Below are positions 30,316 to 41,502 of a stretch of DNA of 64,000 bases, piece after piece. Origin of the DNA: Candidatus Kapaibacteriota bacterium (GTDB lineage Bacteria > Bacteroidota > Ignavibacteria > Kapaibacteriales > UBA961); the NCBI GenBank assembly GCA_049426725.1, contig JBMSYN010000003.1, forward strand, positions 42,066-106,065, written 5' to 3'. The position numbers and the translations under genes are program-made. A model generated the notes under the pieces. It made no database searches, had not been told where the DNA came from, and saw only the letters and a program-made list of their open reading frames with translations. Each line of letters begins with the position of its first letter. The stretch's first letter is position 1.

Positions 30316-30854
30316 CGCTTTATACGATTCGGATTTTCATGAATGAATTGCATCCAAGATTTTGCGCTCTGTTTTGGCGTGCTGCGTTTCATTCCATGAC
30401 ATAATGCGACAGCCAGGGCATCGGTTGCATCAAAGAATTTTGATTCTTCTTCAATCTTCAATAAAGACTTTACCATGAATCCAACCTGTTCTTTACTCGC
30501 ATTGCCATTTCCCGTTACGGCTCTTTTCACTTCCTTTGCCGAATATTCAATCACAGGTATGCTTCTCTGATTTCCTGCAAGCATTGCAACTCCACGAGCA
30601 TGTGAAAGCTTAATGAGAGATTGAGCATTCTTCGCATAAAATGTTGCTTCCAATGATATCTCATCGGGCAATGTTCGCTCAATCACGGCAATCAATTCTT
30701 CATAGATCATTCCTAATCTTTGAGGCATGGACTCAAAATGCTTTTTTGCCTCTACAACACCATATTCAAGAACATGAAATGAACTTGTGCCTGTTTTTTC
30801 AATCACACCATATCCACAAATCACGCTGCCTGGATCTATACCCATGAAGATCAT
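30312..30854 (-). CDS. ruvC: crossover junction endodeoxyribonuclease RuvC
   Basis: GIDPGSVICGYGVI N-terminal motif. 180 aa RNase H-fold resolvase. Confidence 0.9.
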   Translation of the reverse strand: MIFMGIDPGSVICGYGVIEKTGTSSFHVLEYGVVEAKKHFESMPQRLGMIYEELIAVIERTLPDEISLEATFYAKNAQSLIKLSHARGVAMLAGNQRSIPVIEYSAKEVKRAVTGNGNASKEQVGFMVKSLLKIEEESKFFDATDALAVALCHGMKRSTPKQSAKSWMQFIHENPNRIKR

Positions 30855-31747
30855 GAAAGCCCCGCATTGTATTTAAGAAACATTTGAAAGGCCTCTTCTT
30901 CACTCAAAAATTCTGCAGGACCTGATAAACGAAGTCCACTACTGCCAATTATCTTGTCAATGGTTAAGACATAACCTGATTTCACAATGAGAGATTTGGG
31001 ATATGTGTGAGCTTGACCTGATAAAAATGGCGAACCTGATTGAGAAACATATGTAAAAGCTGCAGCCAAAGCGCCGGTTCCGCATGCAGCAGTCTCTCTT
31101 TCAACACCACGCTCGAATGTCCGAATGAGGAGAGTTCCATCCTGTCTTGCATACACTATGTTCACATTCGCGCCTCTTGGAAAGAGTTTTGATTTTCGTA
31201 GTGGCTTGGCAAATGTATGCAGTGGAAAATCTTCAAATTCATATTCATGGTTCATGATTTGTTTTGCATCAATTACTAAATGATCTGAGCCATTTTCTAC
31301 ATAAAATCCATGTATGATTGGTTTTGTGGGTAATTCTACAAGTGATATTGACGGTGTATCTTTGAAATATACTTTGACAATATCACCAAAGAGAATATAA
31401 TCAGCTTGATATACTTTACCTGCCATCATGAATTCTACATCGCCAATATCTGGTCTCAGATTCAAAATTTCCTTCAGATAATATGTAACTGCACATCGAG
31501 CACCATTTCCACACATGGCACCATGAGAACCATCGGGATTTAAAAAATCAACTTCAAAGTCATATTCATCACTCTCTCGAATAGCAATGAGACCGTCTAC
31601 AAGCCAATTGATTGGGATATCTTGCACGATAAACTTTTTGAGTTCTTGGATTGACAAGTTGAGTTTTCTATTGTCGATGACGCAGAATATATTACCTGCA
31701 CCATGCATAAATGTATATTCGATATGTTTACTCATGGAAGTCACCAC
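30851..31747 (-). CDS. dapF: diaminopimelate epimerase
   Basis: FTKMHGAGN-like N-terminus (FMHGAGNIF). Two catalytic Cys contexts (MCGNGARC, AACGTGALA). Confidence 0.85.
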   Translation of the reverse strand: MVTSMSKHIEYTFMHGAGNIFCVIDNRKLNLSIQELKKFIVQDIPINWLVDGLIAIRESDEYDFEVDFLNPDGSHGAMCGNGARCAVTYYLKEILNLRPDIGDVEFMMAGKVYQADYILFGDIVKVYFKDTPSISLVELPTKPIIHGFYVENGSDHLVIDAKQIMNHEYEFEDFPLHTFAKPLRKSKLFPRGANVNIVYARQDGTLLIRTFERGVERETAACGTGALAAAFTYVSQSGSPFLSGQAHTYPKSLIVKSGYVLTIDKIIGSSGLRLSGPAEFLSEEEAFQMFLKYNAGLS

Positions 31748-32567
31748 TTTGATATATCAAATTTACTTTCTGCAATTCAATGTTTATGTCTTTAACTAAC
31801 AATGCATTACCTGCAATGATTGATGATGATTGCAACACATTCAATTCTTTTCCGGCATAATCAATCACAATTCCTCCTGCTTCTCTAACCAATAATGAAC
31901 CAGCGGCCATGTCCCAAGGTTGCAATGCAATTTCCCAGAAACCATCAAATCTTCCTGAAGCAACATAAGCCAAATCAAGAGCAGCTGAGCCTAATCTTCT
32001 GACAGGTATACCAAGTGAGACAATATGAGCAAAGTGTTCAATGCAGTGTCCCGGATTTTCACTTACCGAATAGGGGAAACCGGTAACCAAAAAAGCTTCT
32101 TTCAACACTGATGTATGTGTGACTTGAAGTCTGGTCCCATTACAATAAGCACCTTTTCCCAACTCAGCTGTGAACATTTCATCAGTCATTGGAGAGTAAA
32201 TCACTCCACAGAGAATTTCGCCTGAATTGACTGCGGCAATACTAATGCAAAAAAATGGTATTCCATGAGCAAAATTAACCGTTCCATCCAGCGGATCAAT
32301 GATCCAAGTGATTTCACTTTGGGATTCATGATGACCGGATTCTTCTGTCAATAGAGCATGATCCGGAAAGTGTATGCGAATATGCTCCATGATGATGGAT
32401 TCCGCACGATGATCGTATTCGGTCACCAAATCATGGAAACGAGTTTTGGAAGAAATGGAAAAGTCAGACCTAAATCCCTCTTTTAAGAGATCTCCGGCTT
32501 TTCGCGCTGCTTCGATAGCCGTTCTTAACAAAGTGTTCATGATTGCAAAGTAATGATTGTATTGCAA
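31728..32567 (-). CDS. suhB: inositol monophosphatase family protein
   Basis: IMPase motifs (WIIDPLDGT, ALDLAYVASGRFDGFWE). Likely start at 32540 (MNTLLR). Confidence 0.8.
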   Translation of the reverse strand: MQYNHYFAIMNTLLRTAIEAARKAGDLLKEGFRSDFSISSKTRFHDLVTEYDHRAESIIMEHIRIHFPDHALLTEESGHHESQSEITWIIDPLDGTVNFAHGIPFFCISIAAVNSGEILCGVIYSPMTDEMFTAELGKGAYCNGTRLQVTHTSVLKEAFLVTGFPYSVSENPGHCIEHFAHIVSLGIPVRRLGSAALDLAYVASGRFDGFWEIALQPWDMAAGSLLVREAGGIVIDYAGKELNVLQSSSIIAGNALLVKDINIELQKVNLIYQSGDFHE

Positions 32568-32682
32568 AAATACGAACAGTCTCTGCCTTGTGAGAGAAAT
32601 TAATTTGAAGCTTCACATACATGAATGCACCCCTCAAATTGCTATTTTGCATGAATTCATTGTATATATGCTTTACAAAACC

Positions 32683-33984
32683 ATGGCAACACAAGAACAA
32701 TTAAAAGATACAGTATCAGTAATCACCCTTGGCTGCAGCAAGAATACCGTCGATTCCGAGGTATTGTCGGGGCATTTACAATCAGCCAAATTGACTTTGG
32801 TAGATGATCCTGAACAGGCATCTACTGTCATCATCAATACATGTGGTTTTATTGACTTGGCAAAAGAAGAAAGTGTCTCGGCTATCCTTGAAGCTGCGGA
32901 GTTAAAGAAACAAGGGAAGATAGAAACTCTCATCGTTGCCGGATGCTTGTCAGAACGCTATGGCAATGATTTAAAAGCAGAAATCCCTGAAGTCGACCAT
33001 TTCTTTGGAACCGAAGCATATGCAAATATTTTGAAAGTGGTTTCCCCTGATTTAAAGTATGCTCTTTTGGGTGAGCGCATCATTTCTACACCGAAGCATT
33101 ATGCATATATGAAAATCAGCGAGGGATGCGATAATCCGTGTTCATTTTGCGCGATTCCTCTGATGAGAGGGAAGCATCGTTCAAAGCCAATAGAAGATTT
33201 GGTTCGAGAAGCACAAGCATTGACTCGTCAGGGAGTTAAAGAACTTGTTCTTGTTGCCCAGGATTCAACTTGTTATGGACTCGACATCTACGGCAAAAGG
33301 AATCTTGATGCACTTCTACGAGGATTAAGTGATGCATCAGGTGCAGAATGGATACGTTTGATGTATGCATATCCATCTAAGTTTCCAAAAGAAATCTTGC
33401 CAGTTATTGCCGAAAGAGAGAATATCTGCTCATATATCGATATGCCGCTTCAACATATCTCAACCAATATGTTGAAGTCAATGCGTCGTGGCATCACAAG
33501 AAGAGCCACTGAAGAACTTATTCATCACATTAAAGACACAGTTCCCGGAATTACACTCAGAACAACATTCATCGTTGGATATCCCGGAGAAACTGAAGAA
33601 GATTTTCAGGAATTGTGTGATTTTGTCAGCACCGGCATTCTAGATCGTATGGGCGTGTTCACATATTCGCAAGAAGATGACACCTATGCATATATCTTGG
33701 GCGATCCAATTCCACAAGAAGTCAAAGATGAACGAAGAACAATATTGATGGACATACAAAAACAGATTTCACATGATGCCAATCAAGAATTGATAGGGAA
33801 GCACGTGAATGCAATCGTAGAACAAGAAATTAATGGGGAATTTCAATGCAGAACAGACCGTGATGCACCTGAAGTTGACAATGAATTATATGTTCGTTCA
33901 GACTCACCACTGAAGCCAGGGGATATGATTCGTGTTGAAATTGATGATGCTGCAGAGTTTGATTTGTTTGGTCATGTAGTGTAA
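32683..33984 (+). CDS. rimO: ribosomal protein S12 methylthiotransferase RimO
   Basis: MTTase N-terminal domain. Radical-SAM CxxxCxxC (CDNPCSFC). C-terminal TRAM domain. Start at MATQEQ (32683). Confidence 0.9.
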   Translation: MATQEQLKDTVSVITLGCSKNTVDSEVLSGHLQSAKLTLVDDPEQASTVIINTCGFIDLAKEESVSAILEAAELKKQGKIETLIVAGCLSERYGNDLKAEIPEVDHFFGTEAYANILKVVSPDLKYALLGERIISTPKHYAYMKISEGCDNPCSFCAIPLMRGKHRSKPIEDLVREAQALTRQGVKELVLVAQDSTCYGLDIYGKRNLDALLRGLSDASGAEWIRLMYAYPSKFPKEILPVIAERENICSYIDMPLQHISTNMLKSMRRGITRRATEELIHHIKDTVPGITLRTTFIVGYPGETEEDFQELCDFVSTGILDRMGVFTYSQEDDTYAYILGDPIPQEVKDERRTILMDIQKQISHDANQELIGKHVNAIVEQEINGEFQCRTDRDAPEVDNELYVRSDSPLKPGDMIRVEIDDAAEFDLFGHVV

Positions 33985-34024
33985 AAAAATACCCCCAACC
34001 GCATTTTGCAATTGGGGGCATTTA
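33984..34024. terminator. rho-independent terminator (strongest for the minus-strand lipoprotein gene)
   Basis: Stem CCCCCAA...TTGGGGG flanked by an A7 run on the plus strand, which is a U-run on the minus-strand transcript. Confidence 0.55.
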
Positions 34025-34040
34025 CATCATAATTAAGAAT

Positions 34041-34838
34041 TTATTTCACTGAATAGCGAAGCAATTCTCTTACATATCCATCGCCTTTGTATTGAATTGG
34101 TTCAATACCTGGGACGCTTACTTTTAAATTTAATGCGGGGAATTCTTCTTTAACAATTCCAACATTCTGTGCTATCCAAATGGATTGTTTCACCATGATT
34201 GAATCAACGGCAAATGGTGTTCCGAAAAGTGTGATTGTTGGTTTCAATGTAACTGTCAAATCAAATTGAGAAGTATTTGGGAATGATTTTCCATTGATGA
34301 CTTCTGTCTTTGTAGCAACTTTCTTACCCTTCATGGAGATTGATGATGACAATGGGATATTTTGACCATTAAAGGGAATAGAAACTCCTGTAATGCTGGT
34401 ATCTGCAATGATCCATTCATTAGTTGCAGCAAAATCAGCAAATTTTGACCATCTGTAATTTTGTGGGATAATTGAGTTAATCAAGTCAGACAAAGTGATT
34501 CCCGGTGGAATATATTTCCAATATCCCCATACTGTTTGACCTTCCTTATAATAAAAATCAGTTCTGATTTTTTGATTCATTCTATATACATCAAATGGAA
34601 ATGCAGTTTTGTTTTCTTTGGAAGTAGAACTACCCACTACTAAAGAATCAACTTGCAGTGCATTCATATCGCGATTGCCCGTTATGGAATCTAGTCGGAT
34701 ATTATTGTACACAAAATAGCTTCCGGTTGTTAGAGGGAAGATATCACTAGTTGGAGTTGGATTTGTTGATGAGTCGTCTGAGCATGAGGCAAAGAGGAAT
34801 GTCAAACCAATCATGATTGACAAAAAGAGTGATTTCAT
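34041..34838 (-). CDS. hypothetical lipoprotein
   Basis: Signal peptide with lipobox (LFASC). No recognisable catalytic motifs. Confidence 0.5.
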   Translation of the reverse strand: MKSLFLSIMIGLTFLFASCSDDSSTNPTPTSDIFPLTTGSYFVYNNIRLDSITGNRDMNALQVDSLVVGSSTSKENKTAFPFDVYRMNQKIRTDFYYKEGQTVWGYWKYIPPGITLSDLINSIIPQNYRWSKFADFAATNEWIIADTSITGVSIPFNGQNIPLSSSISMKGKKVATKTEVINGKSFPNTSQFDLTVTLKPTITLFGTPFAVDSIMVKQSIWIAQNVGIVKEEFPALNLKVSVPGIEPIQYKGDGYVRELLRYSVK

Positions 34839-34859
34839 GAGAATACCTTTATGAATGAA

Positions 34860-36890
34860 TTACATATTTCTTCTATATTGTCCGCCAACTTGATAGAGCG
34901 CATTGGACATTTGACCTAGAGAACATACTTTCGCAGCTTCCATTAATGCTCCAAAGATATTTCCATCGGCAATGGCGGTTTGTTTTAAGTTTTTTAGAGC
35001 TATTTCTGCTTCTTCTGCATGATGTTTTTGAAATGCTCTGACATTCGATATCTGTTGTTCTTTTTCTTCGGTGGTTGAACGAATCACTTCTTGGGGAATG
35101 ATTGTTGGTGAACCATTTTTGGAAAGAAATGTATTCACTCCAATGATTGGATATTCACCGGTATGTTTTAATGTCTCATAATACAGCGATTCTTCTTGAA
35201 TCTTATTGCGTTGATACATTGTCTCCATTGATCCTAAAACACCACCACGCTCTGAGATTCTATTGAATTCGGCATAGACTGCTTCTTCTACAAGATCGGT
35301 TAACTCTTCTATGATGAATGACCCCTGTAGTGGATTCTCATTTTTTGCTAATCCCAATTCACGATTAATGATAAGCTGAATGGCGACTGCTCTTCTGACG
35401 GATTCTTCAGTTGGAGTGGTAATCGCTTCATCATAGGCATTTGTATGCAAGGAATTGCAATTGTCATAAATGGCATAAAGCGCTTGCAATGTGGTTCGAA
35501 TATCATTGAAGTCAATTTCTTGAGCATGCAGCGATCTACCTGATGTTTGAATATGATATTTCAACATTTGCGAACGTTCATTTCCACCATAAATATTCTT
35601 CATGGCTTTTGCCCAGATTCGTCTGGCAACTCTACCAATGACGGCATATTCTGGATCTATTCCATTTGAGAAAAAGAATGAAAGATTTGGCGCGAAATCA
35701 TCAATATGCATGCCTCTGGAAAGGTAATATTCCACGAATGTGAATCCATTTGCCAGTGTGAACGCCACCTGCGTAATTGGATTTGCACCGGCTTCAGCAA
35801 TATGATAACCACTGATTGACACGGAATAGAAATTTCTAACTTGTTTTTCGATGAAATACTCCTGAATGTCACCCATCATTTTGAGAGCAAATTCAGTGGA
35901 GAAAATACAAGTATTCTGCGCTTGATCTTCTTTGAGAATATCGGCTTGGACTGTTCCTCGAACTGTTTTTAATGCCCGCTCTTTACACTGTTCATATACA
36001 TCAGGAGGAAGAACCTTATCTCCGGTGATACCAAGCAATGTTAATCCCAAACCTGTATTTCCCTCAGGTAAATCTTGTGATTTTGTCTCGGGATCAGAGC
36101 AATATATTGGTTGACCTTGAGTTGATTCAGCATAAAAGGCCGCAATCTTTGCTTTTACTTCATCAATCAGACCATGCTCATGAATATATTTTTCACATTC
36201 TTGATCAATGGCGGCATTCATAAAAAATGCCAGGAGCATAGGTGCCGGACCATTGATTGTCATTGAAACTGATGTCTTGGGATCGCAAAGATCAAAACCA
36301 GAATACAGTTTTTTTGCATCATTGAGTGTTGCAATCGAAACACCGCTATTCCCAATCTTACCATAAATGTCCGGTCTGAAATCAGGATCTTCACCATAGA
36401 GGGTCACGCTGTCAAAAGCTGTAGACAAACGAGCAGCCGGCATGCCATGACTGAGATAATGAAACCTTTTATTGGTTCTTTCAGGTCCACCCTCACCGGC
36501 AAACATTCTGGTTGGATCTTCACCTGTACGCTTGAATGGATAAACACCGGCTGTATAGGGAAACTCACCTGGAAAATTTTCTCTCAAACTCCAGCGAACA
36601 ATTTCGCCCCAATCTTTGAATTGCGGTATGGCAATTTTGGGAATCTTTGTATGACTCAATGATTCAATAAAGTTCGCGACATTGATTTGCTTATTTCGAA
36701 CCGTATAGGTGAATTCTTCATTGCGATAATTCTGGGTGGTATTTTCCCATTCATCCAGAATTCGTTTTACCTCCGGTTTCAATTGACCAATGAGTTCATC
36801 GTAAAGATGACGCACATCTTCAATTGCAGAATCTGTCAAATGCGTGTTTTGTAAGATAGACATAGTTCTAAACAAATGGGAAACATGCAT
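34860..36890 (-). CDS. methylmalonyl-CoA mutase-family large (substrate-binding) subunit, no B12-binding domain
   Basis: Matches the acyl-CoA mutase TIM-barrel domain ([42 protein letters not shown]). The 676-aa protein ends without a Rossmann B12-binding DxHxxG domain. Confidence 0.75.
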   Translation of the reverse strand: MHVSHLFRTMSILQNTHLTDSAIEDVRHLYDELIGQLKPEVKRILDEWENTTQNYRNEEFTYTVRNKQINVANFIESLSHTKIPKIAIPQFKDWGEIVRWSLRENFPGEFPYTAGVYPFKRTGEDPTRMFAGEGGPERTNKRFHYLSHGMPAARLSTAFDSVTLYGEDPDFRPDIYGKIGNSGVSIATLNDAKKLYSGFDLCDPKTSVSMTINGPAPMLLAFFMNAAIDQECEKYIHEHGLIDEVKAKIAAFYAESTQGQPIYCSDPETKSQDLPEGNTGLGLTLLGITGDKVLPPDVYEQCKERALKTVRGTVQADILKEDQAQNTCIFSTEFALKMMGDIQEYFIEKQVRNFYSVSISGYHIAEAGANPITQVAFTLANGFTFVEYYLSRGMHIDDFAPNLSFFFSNGIDPEYAVIGRVARRIWAKAMKNIYGGNERSQMLKYHIQTSGRSLHAQEIDFNDIRTTLQALYAIYDNCNSLHTNAYDEAITTPTEESVRRAVAIQLIINRELGLAKNENPLQGSFIIEELTDLVEEAVYAEFNRISERGGVLGSMETMYQRNKIQEESLYYETLKHTGEYPIIGVNTFLSKNGSPTIIPQEVIRSTTEEKEQQISNVRAFQKHHAEEAEIALKNLKQTAIADGNIFGALMEAAKVCSLGQMSNALYQVGGQYRRNM

Positions 36891-36937
36891 ACAAATTTAC
36901 TGGAATTTCAACAATTCATCCCCTGAAACAAAGCATT

Positions 36938-37714
36938 TTACTTGATTTTTGCCTTGATTGGACCTCGGGTACCCGAAAAACTTGTCAATTCCGCCTCAAT
37001 TGCTCCAATGAGTACTTTTGTGCTGACTTTTACCGGTATTTTTCTCTCATCATCAGTCAGCCATAAGAGAATTTTCCCCTCACTTTTGAATAATCCACCT
37101 TTAGTCACCATTGGCTCAACGACGATGCAATTAAATGTCCCTGCTTGGACATTAACTGTTTGTTTACCATGAATTCGTACACCGAGCGTATAGGTGCTAT
37201 CATCAACAAAATTTTTCAATTGAATGACATCCCCTTTTTTCTTTGAAGTTAGATCCATTGTTCTCACAAAATAAAATGCGGAAACGATATCATGCGAGAA
37301 TGCAGGGAAGGGATAAGATTTGTCATCAACTGTGGCTTTCTTTGCAGAGTGATCGAAATGTGCTTTTGCATCTTTTCGATATCCACCTTCGCGTATTTTT
37401 TGTTCGAAGTAATAGGGATAGATACCATCAATATCAACAAGGGTGCGATAGATATCTTGAACGCGATATAGCCAGTCGAGTGATTTTAATGAACGAACTT
37501 CGAATCGTATATCATAGCAAGGTCTACCCTTGTATGTAAATGATTTTGGCTGAACATGAAAATACGCATCTCCGGCTTTGACAAATTGATATCCTACTTT
37601 GTATTCAAGCCTTTCCCCCAATCCAAATGCTTCATTGGGAATGGTTCGTAATGCTTGTTGGGCATCAATTGATGTGATGGCAAAGAAAAGAAATATGGTA
37701 AGAAGTCGAATCAT
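36938..37714 (-). CDS. DUF3108-family secreted protein
   Basis: Signal peptide from MIRLLTIFLFF (37714). Resembles the DUF3108 family. Confidence 0.45.
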   Translation of the reverse strand: MIRLLTIFLFFAITSIDAQQALRTIPNEAFGLGERLEYKVGYQFVKAGDAYFHVQPKSFTYKGRPCYDIRFEVRSLKSLDWLYRVQDIYRTLVDIDGIYPYYFEQKIREGGYRKDAKAHFDHSAKKATVDDKSYPFPAFSHDIVSAFYFVRTMDLTSKKKGDVIQLKNFVDDSTYTLGVRIHGKQTVNVQAGTFNCIVVEPMVTKGGLFKSEGKILLWLTDDERKIPVKVSTKVLIGAIEAELTSFSGTRGPIKAKIK

Positions 37715-37782
37715 ATGTGATGATAAAAAAACGGCAAAACAATATACTGCTTTGCCGTTAGATGTCATTTTGCCCAAAAAGT

Positions 37783-40419
37783 TTATTGAATGCGAAGAGT
37801 TTGACCTGCCTTCAAGCCACTTTTGGCATTTTTGTTTTTCTTTTTTAACTGAGAAAGTGTAATTCCAAATTTATTTGCGATACTTTTCATGGAATCACCT
37901 TTTCTGACTTTATATTGCTTTGGTATGCGTGATGATGAACGATTTTTTGAATCGGAAGAGCTTCCTTTGCCGGAAACTTTTGAGTAGACTTTTATTTTTT
38001 GTCCTCGAACAACTTTATTCGATTTTATTCCGGGGTTCCAAGAACGTAAATCTCTCTCGCTAACATTGTAGATAGCTGCTAGCTTGGATAAAGTCTCACC
38101 TTTCTTCAGTGAATGTACTTTGAGCGTTGAACCTTTCGTCCGTTTTTTCGTAGTCGCTCTTGAAGACCGCTCATCGGAATAGGTTTGTCTGGGGATTCGG
38201 AGAATTGTACCGGAATTTACCGATCCTGATTTCTTGATATCATTTGCTTTGCGAAGTGATTCAATGTCTACACCATAGTCATCAGCAATCTGAGCAAGCG
38301 TTTCTCCTCTTTTCACTGTATGCTTATTTCCACGCTTGACTGATTGTGATGGACTTTGTTGTTTTTTCTCCTGAATATATACAAGCTTTGGGCTTGCTGT
38401 AGAAGAGACAATCAATTCTTGTCCTTCAGTCAATTGATCTGTGTCAAATGAAATGCCATTCCAATTCCGGAGATCGGTCATTCTAACGCCATATTTTTGA
38501 GCCAGCGTATAGAGTGTTTCGCCGGAACGAACAATGTGCTTAACATGTGCTCGACTGCTTTTCTTTGCAGTTGACTGAACAGTCTCAGTAGTTTCTTTCG
38601 TGATTCTTTCAGTTTGCTGAGTTGGAGCTGTTGTGACTTGACTACTGATAGTTACAGGTTGTTTTGATGCAGGAGGTTCAATAGCGACAACCGGTTCTTT
38701 TTCCGTTGTTGATTGATTAGAAGAAATAGCAGGGTTTGCATTTGCTAGAATTTCCTCTTGACTTACACTTTTCTTTGTGTTTGAAGCAATGCCGGAAACA
38801 GGAGCTGCAGATACAATTGAAGTTGTATTTGAATTTGACTCAGCCACTGTACTTTTTGTTGATTGAACATTCAAGCCGGGTGTACCGGTGATGGTATCTC
38901 CTGAAGGAACAACATTGCTTGCGATGACAGCTGTGCCCAATGCTTCTCTTGGTATTCTTAAGGACATTCCTTTTTTGAGCTTACTTCCGGAAGAAAGAGA
39001 ATTATTGGTTGTTATGTCTTGTGTATTGACCGCATACTTGACAGCGATGCCAGCGATTGTTTCTCCCTTTTCAACTGAATGCAATACCCATGGATTTAAC
39101 TCTTCTGGGCTAAGTTTAGCAAGGTTTTGTGCAAAGAGATCTTTTTTTCCAATTGGTATTTTCAACTCATAAGGTTCATCACCATTTGGAGGTGTGGTAA
39201 TGCCCACCAATTCAGGATTTAACTCCTTTACCTGTTCAATCGATTCATTCAAACATTGGGCAATTACTTTCAAACTTATGGATCCATCAATCGGATGGGT
39301 TTCAAACACATATTCAGGTTCGAAAGTCAATTCCTCTTTTGTAAAGCCATATTGTTCTTGATTTAAACAGATGACTGCTGTTGCTATATAAAGAGGAACA
39401 TAGTTTTTCGTCTCCTTTGGCAGGTATTCGCGTATGTCCCAAAATGTTGGTGCATCTTTTTGGAGACGGGCAATGCCTCGGCGAACCGGTCCATTTGGTC
39501 CGCTATTATATGCTGCCAAAGCCAAATGCCAATCGCCAAATTCATTATAAAGCCACTTCAAATACCGCATAGCTGCTCTTGTTGATTTCTCGGGATCTCT
39601 TCTTTCATCTACCCAAGAATTCATCTTCAATCCATAATCACTTGCAGCTGCTTGCATGAATTGCCACATACCAACCGCCTTTGCCCAAGAAACAGCATTG
39701 GGATTCAATGCACTTTCAATCATTGAAAGATAAATGATTTCTTCCGGCATGTCTTCTTCTTTTGCGATTCTTTTCAAAAGAGGAAACCAGCGTGAGCTTT
39801 TTTCAATCCATCGTTTGAAAAATTTGCGTCCCTTATCCTGTGAAAGGAAAGCGATATTCTTCTGCACATGTTCATTTATCTCAAGAGGAATTGTCATCCC
39901 CGGAACTCCGGGAGCGCCGGATACCCTTGAACTTGCATATTGCGAAGTTGACATCGATGGGGAAGCAGGATCAATTTCTTCCACTTCTTGATAGATTTTG
40001 TTTCGAAGCATGAATGCCGAAGAGCTCTCAGGCAAACTGTCTATGATTTGAACATAACTCTCATAGTCATCTATGATGGATTGAGCCAAATCGGCAAAAT
40101 CCTCGTTAGATTCAATACCCGGATAGCTTGCCAGGGAGTTCAAAGCCTGAACTGCATCTTCGAAAAGTCGAGGAATTGATAAAGTATCGTCGTTCTCAAT
40201 GGCAGTTAAAGCCTTCAAATACTTTTGGCGAGCTTTTTCCAATTTCTCGGAAATAACTTTGCTCGCGGTACTCTTGGGTTCATTGCCAACTTCTGAGGAT
40301 TGCTGGGACTTGCCAGACTGACCAACTGAGACCTGTCCCTGTGTGGGTGGTGCGTGAAACAACATTATGCCTAAAGACATAATGCAGATGCTTAAGAATT
40401 TTTTGATGATTCCTATCAT
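37783..40419 (-). CDS. mltD: membrane-bound lytic murein transglycosylase (MltD-like) with multiple C-terminal LysM domains
   Basis: SLT catalytic region (AMRYLKWLYNEFGDWHLALAAYNSGPNGP). At least four LysM repeats (GETLYTLAQKYGV..., GETLAQIADDYGV..., GETLSKLAAIYNV..., GDSMKSIANKFGI...) separated by Ser/Thr-rich linkers. Confidence 0.8.
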   Translation of the reverse strand: MIGIIKKFLSICIMSLGIMLFHAPPTQGQVSVGQSGKSQQSSEVGNEPKSTASKVISEKLEKARQKYLKALTAIENDDTLSIPRLFEDAVQALNSLASYPGIESNEDFADLAQSIIDDYESYVQIIDSLPESSSAFMLRNKIYQEVEEIDPASPSMSTSQYASSRVSGAPGVPGMTIPLEINEHVQKNIAFLSQDKGRKFFKRWIEKSSRWFPLLKRIAKEEDMPEEIIYLSMIESALNPNAVSWAKAVGMWQFMQAAASDYGLKMNSWVDERRDPEKSTRAAMRYLKWLYNEFGDWHLALAAYNSGPNGPVRRGIARLQKDAPTFWDIREYLPKETKNYVPLYIATAVICLNQEQYGFTKEELTFEPEYVFETHPIDGSISLKVIAQCLNESIEQVKELNPELVGITTPPNGDEPYELKIPIGKKDLFAQNLAKLSPEELNPWVLHSVEKGETIAGIAVKYAVNTQDITTNNSLSSGSKLKKGMSLRIPREALGTAVIASNVVPSGDTITGTPGLNVQSTKSTVAESNSNTTSIVSAAPVSGIASNTKKSVSQEEILANANPAISSNQSTTEKEPVVAIEPPASKQPVTISSQVTTAPTQQTERITKETTETVQSTAKKSSRAHVKHIVRSGETLYTLAQKYGVRMTDLRNWNGISFDTDQLTEGQELIVSSTASPKLVYIQEKKQQSPSQSVKRGNKHTVKRGETLAQIADDYGVDIESLRKANDIKKSGSVNSGTILRIPRQTYSDERSSRATTKKRTKGSTLKVHSLKKGETLSKLAAIYNVSERDLRSWNPGIKSNKVVRGQKIKVYSKVSGKGSSSDSKNRSSSRIPKQYKVRKGDSMKSIANKFGITLSQLKKKNKNAKSGLKAGQTLRIQ

Positions 40420-40836
40420 CGGTAACTCCCTAGATAGTGTGTAAAACTATCACATCGTTGCTGCTCGATGTGAAATTCAATATACCGCTTGAAAGACAGT
40501 TGCCCAAATTGAAAAAAATTCATAAATGCTTCATTTTTCAAGCTTTGCACTCTATTTACTTGAAAACCAATGAAGATACGGACATACTACATAAATAGTG
40601 CCCGCAATGTGATGATTTTTCCGTATAATCACTGATAATCAGCGTAAATACTTGACAATAAACATAATTAGCAAATATCGCTTACAAGTTGGGCTTGCAT
40701 CATGAATCAATGATGGGGATGTGGATAATTATCCTCTCCTTTGCTGTTTTTGGATGCTGCTGATGATGTTTGGAACAAATTGCAATGGAAGTGAGGTGAA
40801 ATTTAGAGGGGCTTTTGTGGGATAAGACTTATGTTT

Positions 40837-41502
40837 TTAGGGAGAAAAAGTGCATTCAATGATTTTCTTCTCTTCTTTAGAAAACCAATCCACGCCAATC
40901 CAATGTATGGGGGTTTCTTTCACGACCAATCCTGGAAAGGCGATTTTTGCTTCATGTATTTCAGTTGTGAGATCTCCACCCTTAAGTAAAATATATGAGC
41001 CTTCTTTTTTTAGCAAGGGTTTGGTCCATTGTATTAGAGATGAGATGGGCGCAACAGCTCTGGCTATGATATAATCAAAAGAATTGACTTGAGATGTATC
41101 TTTTGCGATGTCTTCCATGCGAGAGACAATTGCTTTGAAATTTCTCTGTCCGGTATGATCTGCGAACATTGCTGTCAATTTCATCTTTTTTGCAATGGAA
41201 TCAACGAGTGTGAGAGATATATCAGGTCTTGCAATGCCTATCGGAATTCCGGGAAAACCTCCTCCGCAGCCAACATCGATACATCGACTTTTGGGTTTAA
41301 TCAGATTGGATTTGACGATGCTCAGAGAGTGCATGAAATGCCTGATCCAAATATTATCCATGTCTTTTCTGGAAATCAGATTGACTTTTTCATTCCAGTA
41401 CACCATTTCATCATGGAATCGTTCGAAAGTTTCCATTTGCTCTCTTGTGAGCAAGATGCCATTAGCATTGCACAATGTCCAAAATTCCAATGGATCCATC
41501 AT
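40837..41502 (-). CDS. rsmG: 16S rRNA (guanine527-N7)-methyltransferase RsmG
   Basis: SAM-binding CIDVGCGGGFPGIPIGI. 221 aa GidB family. Confidence 0.85.
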   Translation of the reverse strand: MMDPLEFWTLCNANGILLTREQMETFERFHDEMVYWNEKVNLISRKDMDNIWIRHFMHSLSIVKSNLIKPKSRCIDVGCGGGFPGIPIGIARPDISLTLVDSIAKKMKLTAMFADHTGQRNFKAIVSRMEDIAKDTSQVNSFDYIIARAVAPISSLIQWTKPLLKKEGSYILLKGGDLTTEIHEAKIAFPGLVVKETPIHWIGVDWFSKEEKKIIECTFSP

